A stretch of 56,923 nucleotides of DNA, the filler included, from Porpidia crustulata (Eukaryota): assembly GCA_964255105.1 (NCBI GenBank). It is 5 parts of 5 records of this genome, joined end to end, with 100 filler letters (N's around TTAATTAATTAA, not from the genome) between each part and the next. Parts side by side here need not be neighbours in the genome. Positions count along the whole stretch, not along the records: positions 22,833 to 34,136 come from CAXUWE010000672.1; positions 34,237 to 45,534 come from CAXUWE010000673.1; 3 more parts are not named here. One strand, given 5' to 3'. The notes below the pieces were generated by a model. That model made no database searches. It saw only the letters and a program-made list of their open reading frames with translations, and was not told the DNA's origin. The translations under genes and the position numbers were made by a program. Shown one piece after another: positions 23,562-36,790 of the stretch (positions are counted from its first letter, which is position 1; each line of letters opens with the position of its first letter).

Positions 23562-24376
23562 TATTATTAATTGGTCAAAGAATACTATTTTTCATGAGAG
23601 TTATCAAAGAGGAATTCTGGTATATTAAAAAATTATTGCAGTTTGGCTTGAGTTCTTGCTCGAGGAAAGAGTCCGCTGAAAGAGTGAAGCGGGAGGCAGT
23701 CAACACGCAATGAAGGAGTGATCTGAGAGCATGAAGAGACGAAGAACATGGCAAGAACAGCATCAGCAAAGGAAAAGGATCAAAAGCAAGGGAATAACGC
23801 GAGCGGTAGAGACATGAAAGATGAGGAGATTGAAGACGCCGGAAAGAGTTAGTCTGGTGGCCAAATCCGGCATTCTCTAATCTCAAGCCCGTTAACGGCT
23901 CAAGTCCCACGCGCCACGGCTGCTCTGACAGGATGCATGACTTTACAGTAATGCTCACAAAGCGATGTCTGATAAGCTCAGCGTTGTTTGATGTTCATTG
24001 TTGCTCAGCCAGATGGGAACTATCGCGGTGATGGTTGTGATGCATTGAAGTGTCGCTCCAAGGGATGTTTGTAAGGTTGGATTTGAAGGTTCGGTCGGTT
24101 CGGTAAAAACTGCTTTAGCGGCTGATACCTTATTAACCGTACCTCATACACTTTAACCTACGTACCTACATGGATGCAGGTGATTAAAGTATTCCGTAAG
24201 CGTCAATTGTGCAATCTCCCCTTCCGTTTGCGGGGGAAGATTTGGAAATTCAAATCATCAAAGGGATCAGAGCACCAGAGCATAAAAGAGTCAGTCGGCT
24301 TCTGGTGCCTGGACATATTCCGAGATACTGGGCAATATCGCCTTCTATTCTACATCCGTTCCAAGTAGACTCTAGC

Positions 24377-25200
24377 TCACATGAACTTGCTTGCCATACC
24401 CATCAACCCACCCATTCCTCCTCCTCCGCCGCCCATCTGGCTCTTCATGTACATCTTGAGTGCCATCTCCGCCGCGGATTTCACCACATCTTGCTTGTTG
24501 GCATTAGGGTCCTAGAACACAAAGGACGCGTTAGCGGCACCCCATGTATCAATATGGGAATCAGACTCACCACGTTCCCCTGCGCGCTTTGTTGGTCGAA
24601 GAGCTTACTCGCCTGACCCATTGCCATGCCGATGAACTGGTTCTGGTTGTTCCCGCCGCCCTGGCTACCCATGCCACCGCTGCCAGCACCTCCCCCGGTG
24701 AAAAGTTTGAGCGCCTGCAAAGCGGCACCGGTCCCAAGGGTCTGGCTGTCGTGCTGCTGGCCTTGCCCTCCGCCGCCATACACTGCTTGGTGAGCTTGCA
24801 CTGCTTGGGACTCATCCATGTTCGAATTGCCAATCTGTTGCTTGTTTCCTTGCAAGAAGCCTAGAGCGTTGGAGAACAGGCTTGAGTCTCCGGAAGAGGA
24901 AGAATGTTGCTCGGCATGAGACATAGCACCGCCGAATTCGCCGTGCTGTTGTTGCTGGCCTCCACCGTAGCCACCACTGTGCTGCCCGTATTCTTGACCG
25001 CCCCCGCTGCCGTAGTCTTGCTGTCCACCGCCATAGTTGCCTTGCCGCCCGCTCCCATAGCTGTCTTGCTGACCGCCGCCATAATTACCTTGCTGGCCTC
25101 CTCCATAATTATCTTGCCGACCACCGCCATATTGTTCCTGTCTCCCTCCACCACCGTAATTCCCGCCTTGTTGGCCGCCGTAATTATCGTTGTAGGACAT
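24377..25200 (-). CDS. Gly/Gln/Tyr-rich low-complexity protein (fungal 'beta-flanking protein'-like)
   Basis: YGGGQQ repeats, then SSGDSSLFSNALGFL, LGTGAALQALKLF and FIGMAMGQASKLFD. Intron 24512-24570 gives the C-terminal exon KQDVVKSAAEMALKMYMKS...GMASKFM*. Confidence 0.75.
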
Positions 25201-26265
25201 TGTGACGCAACAGATTCAAGGGAAAAGATGTCCGAGTGGTTGAGATGATGGTAGTGAGAGAGGAAGGAGTTGTAGGTAGTCTCAATGCGTGGTTCGGAAT
25301 TTCCAATCATGGTGAATTAGATGTCACTGCTGTCAGGGGTTCCACCGATGACGTGGAGGGGAGGGGTACAGGTGGGAGATTGATTGGGCCTGCGTTCTCA
25401 CCTGTAACCTCTATCAACCATTACAAGTTTATTTTCTTCACATCAACAGTGTTGTTCACGGTCGTCAGAGGCTTGTAAAGCATAGCTGGATAGACATTAC
25501 CAGCGACTTGACTTGCAAGCTACTTCCGCATTGAATCCCAAGATGCTACGACCCATTCCTCGGGCTTGTACAATTCTCATTATCCAAGTTTCTTGTCATT
25601 TCCTATTCCTATCATTGACTTCAGTGCTCTATCTAGTCTGCATTGCTTGAGTTCTTGATGTCCACCAAGCCAATAAACGCATGGTAGAGTCAGCTGCCTC
25701 AAGCCTCTACACTGTTTCCTTCATTGAAGCGTAATAGCTATTGGAGTGCGGTGCAATCTTGATTGGTCCGAAGATTTTACTACATGATAGTATGCGCCGT
25801 TCCTGATTCGTGGGAATGTTAGAGAGCGGGCCAAGTGACCATGTGCGTTCTATCGGACCGTTCAGATGAGTCGCGACAAATTTCTTCTAGGACTGCCGGC
25901 AACATCATTTAGGTGTTCCATGGATGGTAACATCTTGTCAAAATAGGGTCGATCAAGCTGTGTTCGCCATGGTCGTCAGATTTAAGATGGCATGTCTCAC
26001 ACCAATTGATTAACAGGTATCTCTAGAATTCCTACAAGCGCAACCATTCAGTATTTATAACGTCCTTGTGGCATTTCGTCAGGCTCTTTGGACACTTGGT
26101 AAGTACTCCCGTCTAGTGAGACAGTCTCACCATTGTTAAGGCTGCATCCAACCGGTGATCTAGCGGTTATTTTGGGGTTTTCAAACAACACTTTACTACT
26201 TGCTTGGCTCAGGATTAGAGACATTATCTCCGACTTCCATATCGGTCTTGAAGTCCCTCAAGGGT

Positions 26266-27099
26266 CTACGACGGCTTCCTCGCCAAAAATCTCAATCTTA
26301 CATACCCTAGCCACATGCTACCATCTTCCTCATGGGTCATTACGCTCTTCAGCACTTCGCAGACTTCCTTTACCGCAGCTTCTCTCTTCTCTACAGAGCC
26401 CAATGCTTCCAAGAAGTTTGCCCCCATCAGCCTCACCCATCCTTCCAACCCGCCATCCTTTTCCGCTGTCGCCTTTGTTGGTCTGTACTCAAGTTCAGAC
26501 CTTTCCACGCTGAAGCCGACGGCGTTAAGCATCTGTTGCATGAGCCTTTCCGAAGGGAAAAACCAGGGAGATGCCTTTCGGGCCGCTTCAATAGTTAAAC
26601 CCTGGTGTACCAGAGCCGCCAGGAGCGCAGCTTGAATTTCCGCGACGTTCCCAGCACCTCCCATCTCAAATACAAAGATACCGCCAGGCCGCAGGGTGTT
26701 ATAAGCTGCACGGAGCACAGATATCCTCGTGTCAGCGTCTCTCAAGATCCAATGCAAGGCTGCATTGGAGAAAATCTTGGTGTAGGCGTGATATTTGAGA
26801 TCTGAGGATGTTTCTAGATATCTGCAATCCTGGACAACCCATGTAAGATCAGGTACGGTACCGTACTTCTTTCTTGCGACATCGATCAAGTTCGCAGAAG
26901 CATCGAAGCCTACGACAGAGGCGCATCGCTGCTTGATCTTGGCCGTGAGCAGACCGTCACCGCATCCAAGATCTAGAATGAGGTCGGAGTCTTGTGCGTT
27001 CAACCAAGACGTGATGCTGGTGGTTAATTCGGGGACAAATGAGGCCGAGGCCGAATAGGCTTCGTGGGTCCAATGATCTTTGGGATCCCCTTGCGCCAT
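26266..27099 (-). CDS. Class I SAM-dependent methyltransferase (trans-aconitate methyltransferase-like)
   Basis: ILDLGCGDGLLT (motif I), VGFDAS, IFSNAALHW, LRPGGIFVFEMGG and YVRLRF motifs; ATG at 27099 (MAQGDPKDHW). Confidence 0.88.
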   Translation of the reverse strand: MAQGDPKDHWTHEAYSASASFVPELTTSITSWLNAQDSDLILDLGCGDGLLTAKIKQRCASVVGFDASANLIDVARKKYGTVPDLTWVVQDCRYLETSSDLKYHAYTKIFSNAALHWILRDADTRISVLRAAYNTLRPGGIFVFEMGGAGNVAEIQAALLAALVHQGLTIEAARKASPWFFPSERLMQQMLNAVGFSVERSELEYRPTKATAEKDGGLEGWVRLMGANFLEALGSVEKREAAVKEVCEVLKSVMTHEEDGSMWLGYVRLRFLARKPS

Positions 27100-28778
27100 C
27101 GCCCTTGTAGTGCTTGCTTTAGTTTTCGGGTATCGGTGACAATAACGATGGAAGTCTAAAACACTCTCGGTTGTGATGCGAGGCAAAGACAACCATGATG
27201 TCCATGTGAAGGCATGTTTGCCATGAGCGACTTACTCTACACACGTTCAGATGGGCTTCTGCACAATCATGTCCGGCATCGGAGCTATCGAGTGCTGACT
27301 CATACATGCGCACATGATTGGTGGATGGCAATTGTGTGCATCCACCGTTCCGGCCCTCGGTATAGCGCTAATGCGTCTGCTAATCTCGGTGAGACTTCGG
27401 CTCAATTTCGCAAAGTTCGTGCTCGATGAAACCTATCTAGCGACTGAGCGGTACACTGATCATTGATGAGGCGTTGGATCACTTCGGCAGTCTGTGGTTG
27501 TAGATTTCTCTCTATGCCTCGACTACTCTAGTGCTAAGGTAGCTATCGAGGATCATGGAGAGGATTGGATGACGAAGTGGCAACAATGGAATAATATCAA
27601 ATGGCTAGAGAAGAGTTCATCCAGATCACGCGACGGTTCAACTCCTCCAGATTGACGGCTGGAGCATTTCCGCCCTATGGCTGTTCTAACGTTTTCAATA
27701 CGCTGGCGTCTCGGCAATGATTACCGGAAATTGTCGTGATCAACCAGGCTGATCGATTGATTTCATGATTTGTTACGCTCGAGCGGCAGATTAGAGACAG
27801 CAACAACTAATCAGAGACGACCTACTTTATGACCTCTCTACAGTGCCCGGGAAAGGCGGTCACTCAATACAATGATTGTGTGTATATGTAGACCGAGTGC
27901 CAGCGCTTTCACCTCTTACGTGCCATTTTCAAACCCCGATCCTTTCAAAGAGGCAATTCTAGCCAGCATCTTTACCAAATACTCTAGTGTGTATTTTTCC
28001 CCATATTCCACCGTCATTTGGCACCGAGTCCGCTTCTAAGGTCTATGGCGTTGCGCCGGTGCTTTAGTTTTTGGTTCCCTACCGCGTTGATCCTTTCTAC
28101 ACATGTCTCTTTGCGGCTTAAATCTCCGCCGGACGGCCTCGAACTTCCCCACAATCTGGCTGCTTGGGGTCCAACGCCATTGACCGCATTCAAGACTCTA
28201 CGCGTAAGTCTCACTCGTCTGCAGTCTGATCTGCAAGATCTGCTTCCGGCAATGAGCATTACAAGTCGTTACCGCTAGTGGTGCACGCGGGCATTCTCCT
28301 CAGTCTCCTTCACAAGTGTCCTTGAATCCTGACAAGGTCCTTGATGGCCCAGCCAATCGCCACAGCCAAAGCGCAACCACAGCGAACATGCCTACGTCAG
28401 AGAATCCCAAGAGGACATCTCTAGCACGACCTTCGCGATTTGCAACAGGATCTCTCGTATGTCAGCTGTACGAGTCCGAGAGATCTCACCTGTTCTTCGA
28501 GTATGTCGTATCGTTTCGGCGATTGAATAGTGATCCTGTTTGAGTGGGTCGTTGACTGGTCAGGACACTCACCACTACTATTGGTCTTACACTTGCAGAA
28601 AGTCTACACCTATAGAGTACCGTCACCACCCCACTAGCTTTTATTACAGCAGCTACCTGGCCATTTCCTGCTGCTGAACCAAATAACTGGAATGCCGCCT
28701 CGAGGCATAATTTACAGAAATGTTTAGCATCAAATCACACGGCCGCTATACAGCTAGTCAGGCAGGGGATTCCAAAAT

Positions 28779-28989
28779 GCGGAGTCTCCGCTTCCACCGA
28801 ATGCCTGGCGACTGGACCCCAGCACCCCAGCAGCGGTATTATTATTATGATGTCGTTAGTGTATTACTTGTCGGCCCAGAGTTCCCTTCCCCAAGGTATA
28901 TTAACCTCATCCCCGCCATTGCTGGGGCCCTGCCTCTCTCACCAGCGATCTCGCATCATCTCGACAGCTTCACGGTTAAATCCCTGGAG
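28779..28989. promoter_or_regulatory. Cluster of CreA/Mig1-type SYGGRG sites upstream of the hexose transporter
   Basis: Inverted pair GCGGAG-T-CTCCGC at 28779-28791, CCCCAG at 28817 and 28825, CCCCGC at 28911, CTGGGG at 28922 and CTGGAG at 28984. Confidence 0.45.
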
Positions 28990-29045
28990 GACGTGCTCCG
29001 TGTTTCTACTCTGCTGTTTCCCGTGCAGCTCTACATCAATTCACC

Positions 29046-30761
29046 ATGGGTATCATGTTGAAAAAACCCGAACATGTGGCAGGCTCGGCGGCGCCTGCCA
29101 TCATGGTCGGATTGTTTGTTGCCTTTGGCGGTATACTTTTCGGGTACATGAATACATCGAAATGGATTTACCAACGATACTGATGTATTACAGGTACGAC
29201 ACTGGGACAATCGGCGGGATCTTGGCTATGCCCTACTGGCTGAAAACTTTCTCAACTGGTGCCGTTGACAAGAAAGGTCAACCGGCCATTACTGCTAGTC
29301 AATCATCGGAAATCGTGTCGCTCCTCTCGGCTGGTACTTTCTTCGGCTCGCTCACTGCTGCGCCTATGGGAGACATGTTAGGTCGTCGGTTGGGTTTGAT
29401 TGCCTCAACCGGTGTCTTTACTTTCGGTGTCATCCTTCAAACTGCGGCGACTTCGATCCCCCTGTTTGTGGCCGGACGATTCTTTGCTGGATTCGGAGTC
29501 GGGTTGATCTCCGCTTTGATCCCACTCTATCAATCGGAGACGGCCCCGAAATGGATTCGTGGGACGATCGTCGGATGCTACCAATTGGCCATCACCATTG
29601 GCCTACTCATTGCATCAATTGTTGATAATGCTACCAAGAATCGTAATGATACCGGATCATATCGAATCCCGGTGGCCGTACAATTTGCCTGGGGTATCAT
29701 TCTGGTCGCTGGGATGCTTATCCTTCCCGAGACCCCTCGCTATCACATCAAAAGGGGACGCAACGAGAAGGCTGCCAAGGCCCTCGCAAGACTCAGGAGA
29801 CTTGATGTCGACCACCCTGCGTTGGTCGAAGAGCTCTCCGAAATTCAAGCCAATCACGAATACGAAATGAGTCTTGGCTCGTCTACTTATGCGGAGTGCT
29901 TCAAGGGGACTCTGGGCAAACGTCTAGCTACCGGTTGCTTGCTCCAAGGCCTCCAACAATTGACGGGTGTCAATTTCATCTTCTACTACGGCACTTCCTT
30001 TTTCACAGCCTCCGGTATCAGTAATTCCTTCACCGTCAGCATCATTACCGGTGTCATCAACGTCATCTCCACCTTACCTGGTCTCTACCTCGTTGAGAAA
30101 TGGGGTCGTCGCCCGCTCCTGATGTTCGGCGCCGTGGGCATGTTTGTTTCTCAATATATTGTCGCCATTGTCGGGGTGGCAGACAAAGGTTCCGTAGTAG
30201 CGAACAAGGTCCTGATCGCCTTTGTCTGCATCTACATCTTCTTCTTCGCATCAAGTTGGGGTCCAGTTGCTTGGGTGGTATGTTGGAAATCAGAACTCCC
30301 CGGCTTCCTCTTTCGATCTAACATTTATGCAGGTGACTGGAGAAATCTTCCCGCTTAAAAGCCGTGCCAAGTGTCTCTCCATGACAACGGCGACCAACTG
30401 GCTTCTCAACTGGGCCATCGCCTACGCCACCCCTTACCTTGTCAACTCGGATCCGGGAGATGCCAACCTGGGATCCAAGGTTTTCTTCATCTGGGGCGGC
30501 TTCTGCCTCATCTGCTGCTTCTACGTATGGAGTCTAGTCTACGAGACCAAGGGTCTCTCGCTCGAGCAAGTGGACGAGCTGTACGCCAAGTGCGACAAGG
30601 CATGGCAGTCGAAGAAGTTCGTCCCGTCGGTGTCCTTCCAGGATGTGCGAGACATGGGCCCGCAAGGTCGTTCCCATTCGCTGGCGGATATCGAGGCAGA
30701 GTATGGTCGCAAGCGGTCGGTGGCCCAAGTGGACAACAGCATGATCAGCGAGAAGGTTTAG
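29046..30761 (+). CDS. MFS sugar porter, high-affinity glucose/hexose transporter type
   Basis: MGIMLKKPEHVAGSAAPAIMVGLFVAFGGILFG|YDTG, GD-LGRR, YQSETAPKWIRG, PETPR, QQLTGVNFIFYYG, VEKWGRR, SWGPVAWV|VTGEIFP and YETKGLSLE motifs. Introns at 29144-29193 and 30278-30332. Confidence 0.93.
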
Positions 30762-32221
30762 CGGGGGAATGTGCAATACGGACATTGTGGGTCTGGTGGG
30801 GGCGGCGGATACCCCTTGGAAACAGGGCGGATTTGGTGCACATACATAGCTTGACATGAGTTCAGTACATTCAGTTGCACATACAGCGCCGTGCCATAGT
30901 GCTCATGGGATATTGTGATCTTCTCGAGTGTGACCGGCGTCCCAAAACCTACGTTTGACGCCCCCGTCCGCCGACCGCTGACTTTCAAAAGGCGCATAAC
31001 CGACAGACTGCGGCCTGTCCTGTGACTCCCTCTTGGTTTGCGACTGTTTCGCTTCTCCCTCAATTCACTAGGATATCATGGGGGGTCAATTGGACGCCTT
31101 AACACCATTGACAGTCGAGGTGTAAGTCTTCGTAGAATCATGTTGGTGGTCAATGGGCACACCTTTCAGGCCTTCAACTACCTTACTTGACAAGATCATT
31201 AGTGCCGCCAAGCTTTTGGGATGGATGGGAGCGAATTTAGTGACATGTCAAGCGAGGGATAGCAGCAGCTGTTCAGCCAATGACAGCAGAGAAGCTTATC
31301 TTTCGCATTTGTAGTGCCTTATCTGCAGTTACATGGCAGTAATTGGGGTGGATGACTGCATGACTGCATTTTACCTGGGAGGCGGCCTATCAGATCCCCG
31401 TGAACAAACAAGCCTTTCCTTTGCCAGCCTCGGACCGTCTTGTTCATCCCCTTAGCACACGACAGTGCGTGAGTCGAGTAGAACGACACGCGTGGGGATA
31501 TGTGCTGGGGACTGTGTTCTTTTTACGTTTTGGATACATGACTTGGAGCAGCATTGGGACGGGGAGAGACAGGAGCGTTTGATCGCGTTGAAATCTATTC
31601 GATTCGTCCTATCAGTCCCGCGGCCGCTTTGTGCTGCCAACCGCAGAGCTGCCTCGAATTGTTGGCTCACTGCTCATCCGTGCGCGAGAGAGCTAACAGT
31701 CGAACTCGGAAGGAATCCCCCCCAGCCGTTTGGATATCATAGCCGACCGTCTCGATGGTCATACCGCGAAACACTTTGTAGATCCATCTTACATAGACAA
31801 GTCAACAATCCAAGGAGTTTACACTGATGAGTTAATGACTTTGATCACTTCCACGCACCTTTTTGTATAGACCTCTGACTTCAACCGACAGCCTTGAGCT
31901 TCCGCGCTGTCATTTCAGTATTTGCGCAATTAACCTCTGGAACGTCTGCAGGCAGGCCTTCGCATGGTTCGGGATCCGAGTACCAGTAAGTTCTTCCAGT
32001 ACCATGTCAACCTCTCTCATCAACAGTCATCAACGGGTGTTCCGGAGTCTGGATCTGATCCGACCGGTCGACTGTCAATCTGATAGCAGCTAATAGGAAA
32101 TAGACTATTTGGAAAGACCGTACCCTGGACGAAGACTGTCAACCCATCGCAGCGGTCATCATATTGTCAAAGGAGAGGGATCCCCCAATTCCCGTCCTCG
32201 CATTTTTCAGTGTGCGACACT

Positions 32222-34136
32222 ATGACCGCCGTCGCTGGCTTTCAACCTCCCCTCCTGCCGGCGTCGGCTGCGCTATCCAACACCTCGTCGTCTCCATCCA
32301 TTCAGCGAATTACAGACGGACTCCCCTCAAAGGCGAAGACATCAAAGTCGGGGAAAGATCTGAAATCAGTTCGAGGTCGGAGAGAGCGTCCGTGTGATGC
32401 CTGCCGCAAAAGAAAGAGTAAGTGCGTGATCAATGATGGCCAAAAGAATAGTTGCGCGGCGTGTGGGGTGCATGGACAGGAATGTACCTACTTGGAAGAC
32501 CCGCAGCCAAGGAAACGAAGGCTGGACAGCGATGGGAAGGAGATCGATCCAAACAAGCGAAGGTTAGCACAACAACGTTAGTTCGCAAGCGTGACTACTC
32601 ACATGGCTATATATATAAGGTCAACAATCTCCGATTCCCAGTCCGAAAGTACAGCGGATGGGTCCATCAGTACGAAACGTGGAAGCGTATCTTCAAGAGC
32701 GATATCCGGACGCAATGCGCGAACCCCGTCAGTATCCGGATCGTCTCCAGGCAATCTACAGCATTACGGAACCCATATCGGCTATACCACCGAGCTAGAA
32801 CCGATTTTGTTCGACATTTCCCAAACAGCCGGAACACAGGTCAATAGAGCAAGTTATCAGAAGCCAGACGGCCGGAATGCTTTTCTACTCGACCGAACTG
32901 AGGATGACAAATTCGAAAACGACCTATATTCGGATAGTCTTCTCATCATCGAAAATCTCGTGGGTTCTCACGGGCCATCTTTGATCGAGCACTTCAAAAG
33001 CATGACCAACCGGAATTTCCCAATCGTCGAAGACGCCTTTTTTCACATTTACGAAAGCTATCAAAAGAGCAGCCTGGACCCTGCGCTACTCTCTGCCGTG
33101 TATGCTCTGTCAGCGTCGTCTCCGGCTTATATGAACGGTACGGTGAATTCGGTAGAACTTGATGTGGTGCAAGTGGAAGATATTGCATTCCGATGGTTTG
33201 CGCATTCAATCTCCAAGCCGACGTTATCAACCATCCAGGCCGGAATACTTCTAATGCAAAGGCCCAATATTGACTCGAAGACGTTGAACTCGCAATTAGT
33301 GGGTATTGCCTATGAGCTCGGTCTTCATCTCGATTGCTCTTCGTGGACGTTATCCGATGAAGAGCGTAGTCTAAGGAAGAGACTAGCTTGGGCTTTGTAC
33401 ATGCAAGACAAATGGTGTTCCTTGATATATGGTCGCCCTTCGTCGATTTCCAAAAATCATTGGGCAGTGCGGGAGCTGGTGGAAGAGGATTTCACGGTCG
33501 ACAGCGCCCTCGACGAGCGAATACCGGTGGAAGAAGTCAAGCGTGGTCGAGATCTATTCTGTCAGATGGTTGCCCTTACCGAGATACTATCCACTGTCTT
33601 GGATACCTTCTACACGCTCAAGGCAATGCAAGAGGTGGACGATGCTGGTTTAAATGGGACACGATTAATATTGGAAAAAGCTAAGCCGGTGCAGCTGAGG
33701 CTCAAGGAATGGTTCATGCATCTGCCTAGAAGTTTAAAGATGGACAGCACAATGACTGGCAAACCATCTGCAACTGGTAAGACACTTCTCAGTCCTGAGT
33801 GACGTACTAAATGTGTAAGGGTATCTCCATCTGGCATACTTTGCAACCGAAATCACTCTCCATCGATGCATCATCCGTTCACTGAGCTCCGTCAACGCCG
33901 ACACCTACCTCTCCCACGTCTGCCGATCCGCTGCCAAAACCCGCCTGATATCCGCCATGGACTTTGTCAACCGCCTCCGCCCCGAACACCTCAGCTCCTT
34001 TTGGTACTTCCCATCCAAAGTCAACTTCGCCTTGATCGCCACCTTTGGCAACCTCTTACTGGCCACGGCCCCCTGCCAAGAAGAAGTGAATTTCTACCGC
34101 ACCCGGCTGTCGGAATACCGGTGGACCCTGTGCGTC
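32222..34136 (+). CDS. Zn(II)2Cys6 transcription factor, Dal81/TamA-like, 3' end truncated
   Basis: CDACRKRKSKC...CAACGVHGQEC cluster and a fungal TF middle domain (LRKRLAWALYMQDKWCSLIYGRPS). The C-terminal block YLHLAYFATEITLHR...SAMDFVNRL...FWYF...EYRWTL is typical of TamA/Dal81 relatives. Introns at 32563-32619 and 33777-33819. Confidence 0.88.
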
Positions 34137-34236
34137 NNNNNNNNNNNNNNNNNNNNNNNNNNNNNNNNNNNNNNNNNNNNTTAATTAATTAANNNNNNNN
34201 NNNNNNNNNNNNNNNNNNNNNNNNNNNNNNNNNNNN
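34137..34236. other. Artificial contig linker
   Basis: 100-nt N-run with central TTAATTAATTAA. Confidence 0.98.
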
Positions 34237-35342
34237 GAGTTGGAGGGGTTGAAGGGAGGGGGAGTTTGAGGGAGTTTGATCTACACAATGACACTCGCAG
34301 CGAATCATCTATCTATCCAAAACGCTATCAAACACATTCCTTCTTCAAATCAGAACAACAAACCCCTTTCCCAACCATTTCCACGCGCAACATCTTTCCC
34401 ATCCCATCCCTCACTTAATTTCATCCATCTCTCCAAAATTCGATTTATTTCCGTCAGTGCACATCTTTCCATCTCGCCGTCAAATGTCCATTTCAAACTC
34501 TTCTCTTCTGCTGAATGATTTTCGATAAATGAAGAAATTTTGTATGAGAGTTATTTTAGCTTGAGTTCTTGGTAATCAACGGCCCGATTTGAAGCTTTCT
34601 TTAGTATAACTTTAGTATAATTACCGTGGATGGTATACCGTATCATCGAGGGTCCAGAGGCAATTGAATTAACCGCTAACTCTGGAGTCTGAGCTGTTAG
34701 ATACTGGTGAGATGTGAGTGTGAAGGCTATCGAGACCGGACGCAAGATCTCGGGCTGAGAACGCATTTGATTTCTGGGGATTCGAAGCTGAGCGCAGTCG
34801 CCTCCGGCTGCGGTGGTTACGGCATTGCTTGTTTTTCTATACCTGCCGTTCATCTTTCAAGTAGAAGAGATCGGAATATGCGCAGGTGCATGAAACTATA
34901 ATCCGTAGATTTTGAGTGTCCCATTATCAAGCTCGTTAATGTATGAGAGGGACTTTGCCGGTATTCTTTATCGCCTTGCCCAAGGATTCGACGGGCTGTT
35001 GCCGTTTCGGGCTTCTCTGGCCAGACAATCCGATAGTAATTCGGGATGGTCTGCCGGAATTCCTCGACCTTTTTGCGAGTTTACGATTGGCGAGAAGAGG
35101 GAGCCTGGTCGACCTCAAGAGTGCAAGAAGCATTGGGACGCAGAGCGCGTGGTTCCTTTATCTGGATTCTGATCTCGAGATGACGTGCATTTGGAGCGCG
35201 ATCGATATTTTGACCGTTGGTGATACTGACACTTGATGTGGTAGGCCCACCTTTTGCAGGTATGGGCCTTCGCACCGAGATACATTGCTCCGCTGATGAG
35301 AGTCGGCGATAGGACCACAGCGGATGCGATCAAGACAATTCT

Positions 35343-36221
35343 TCAACTGTTCAAGAGATCGTCAATGGCAGCCTCCAATTCGTCCTTTAGCTCAGGATGC
35401 CTTCCAGCCAGATCCTGGATACGTCCAGCAGCCCTTCCAATCCTCTCCTGCCCCCTCTTCTCAATCCTATCCACCTCGTCTGCCGCAACTCGTATCCGAT
35501 CGTTCCACCTCCCCTCCCAAACATCCTCGACCGCATTCCTTGCTTTCACAACCACCTTCTCGTTCTCCTCCTTCAAGTTCGCCACTTCCGTCGCCGCCTC
35601 TTCCCTGATTCTCTCCGTGTCGCGTCTCACGGCTTTGAATTCTTTCCGGTAGGCAAGATCAATCTCGTTGCGAGTGGCGGCAAGCTGCTGCTCGTACTTC
35701 AACTGCAGCTGTTCGATGTGGGCTTGGGCGGCGGTAGAGAGCGATAGGCGCAAGGCGGAAAGTTCCTGGGTGTGGGATTCGGTCAGAGTCGATAGTGCCT
35801 GCGCGTGAGAGGAGTCAAGGGTGCGGATGATACGCGTATAGTGATCGCGCATGGCGCTTTCGGAATCGAAGAAGGGTGGTGTTGTGGGTTGTAGTACATT
35901 CTCCTCAGCAACGGGAGTGGACGATCGCGTCAGCGTGACAGCTTCGCACTCGACCGTAGACGCTTGCGTTGGCTCCGTTGCTTCTTGGTCCTCGTACGGA
36001 GGAGCAGGTTCTTCGCACGAAAACACCGAACCTGGACGATTACGACTCGCGACGGAGTTGAGCCTGTTGAGTACTCCATCGATATTGGGATGGTGCTCCT
36101 CGTGGGCCAAGGTGGAGAAGCTGAACTTCGTCCCGGTAGAAATGACACTAGAGGCCCGCGAGCGAAGGGATCCAGCTTCATTCTCCCATCGTTGGTCTAG
36201 GACCATACGATAATTAGCCAT
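35343..36221 (-). CDS. Hypothetical protein with C-terminal coiled coil
   Basis: 292-aa ATG-initiated ORF; Ser/Pro-rich N half with a PPPY motif; E/R/A-rich heptad-like C half. Confidence 0.65.
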   Translation of the reverse strand: MANYRMVLDQRWENEAGSLRSRASSVISTGTKFSFSTLAHEEHHPNIDGVLNRLNSVASRNRPGSVFSCEEPAPPYEDQEATEPTQASTVECEAVTLTRSSTPVAEENVLQPTTPPFFDSESAMRDHYTRIIRTLDSSHAQALSTLTESHTQELSALRLSLSTAAQAHIEQLQLKYEQQLAATRNEIDLAYRKEFKAVRRDTERIREEAATEVANLKEENEKVVVKARNAVEDVWEGRWNDRIRVAADEVDRIEKRGQERIGRAAGRIQDLAGRHPELKDELEAAIDDLLNS

Positions 36222-36790
36222 CTTCAGATGTCCGTGGTGGGGCTATCGGTCCATGAGTCCATGGTGATTGGATTACAATTAGAAAATCCTCACATCTGAC
36301 TCCGTCGATTAGAAGCATTGACGCCTTCGAATGCTTTCAAAGGTAGCTGGTATCTCTTTCTTGGGATGATTGCTGCAACGTCTCCCCGTGGTGCTGGTGT
36401 AACTCGGTCTGGGGCACTGACTTCATCCATAGCGCGAGGCTGTGTTTGAAACAGGGCACGAACGGCGGGGCTTGCCAGGCAGCAGCTCTCAAGCCAACTA
36501 GTCCTATATTTGGCTCTCGTATCTGACGTGCATGAATCGCAAGTGGCCTCGATGGATTAACTGTATGTATACACGATGTGTTGATCAATTAAATACGGAC
36601 TGAGAGTATGTTATTTCGTAGCCATCTATGTAATCAACCAAAGCCTCCGAATCTTGATTAGAGACAAGTTGAAGCTACGAGTAGCCCGTTTGGTGTAGCA
36701 GGACCATCGTGTCCACATTTGCAGATCTGTCGACTTCCAAGCGAGTGCATCCCGCTTCATGGACTGATAGACCTCATTGTCTGATGTCGC

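Noticed and set aside
26266..34136. Methyltransferase + transporter + Zn2Cys6 factor as a secondary-metabolite cluster
   Set aside because: No backbone enzyme is present, and the transporter and TF resemble primary carbon/nitrogen metabolism genes.
34850..35330. Short overlapping ORFs as a possible extra gene
   Set aside because: Frames are broken by stops, with no recognisable motif or coherent splice model.
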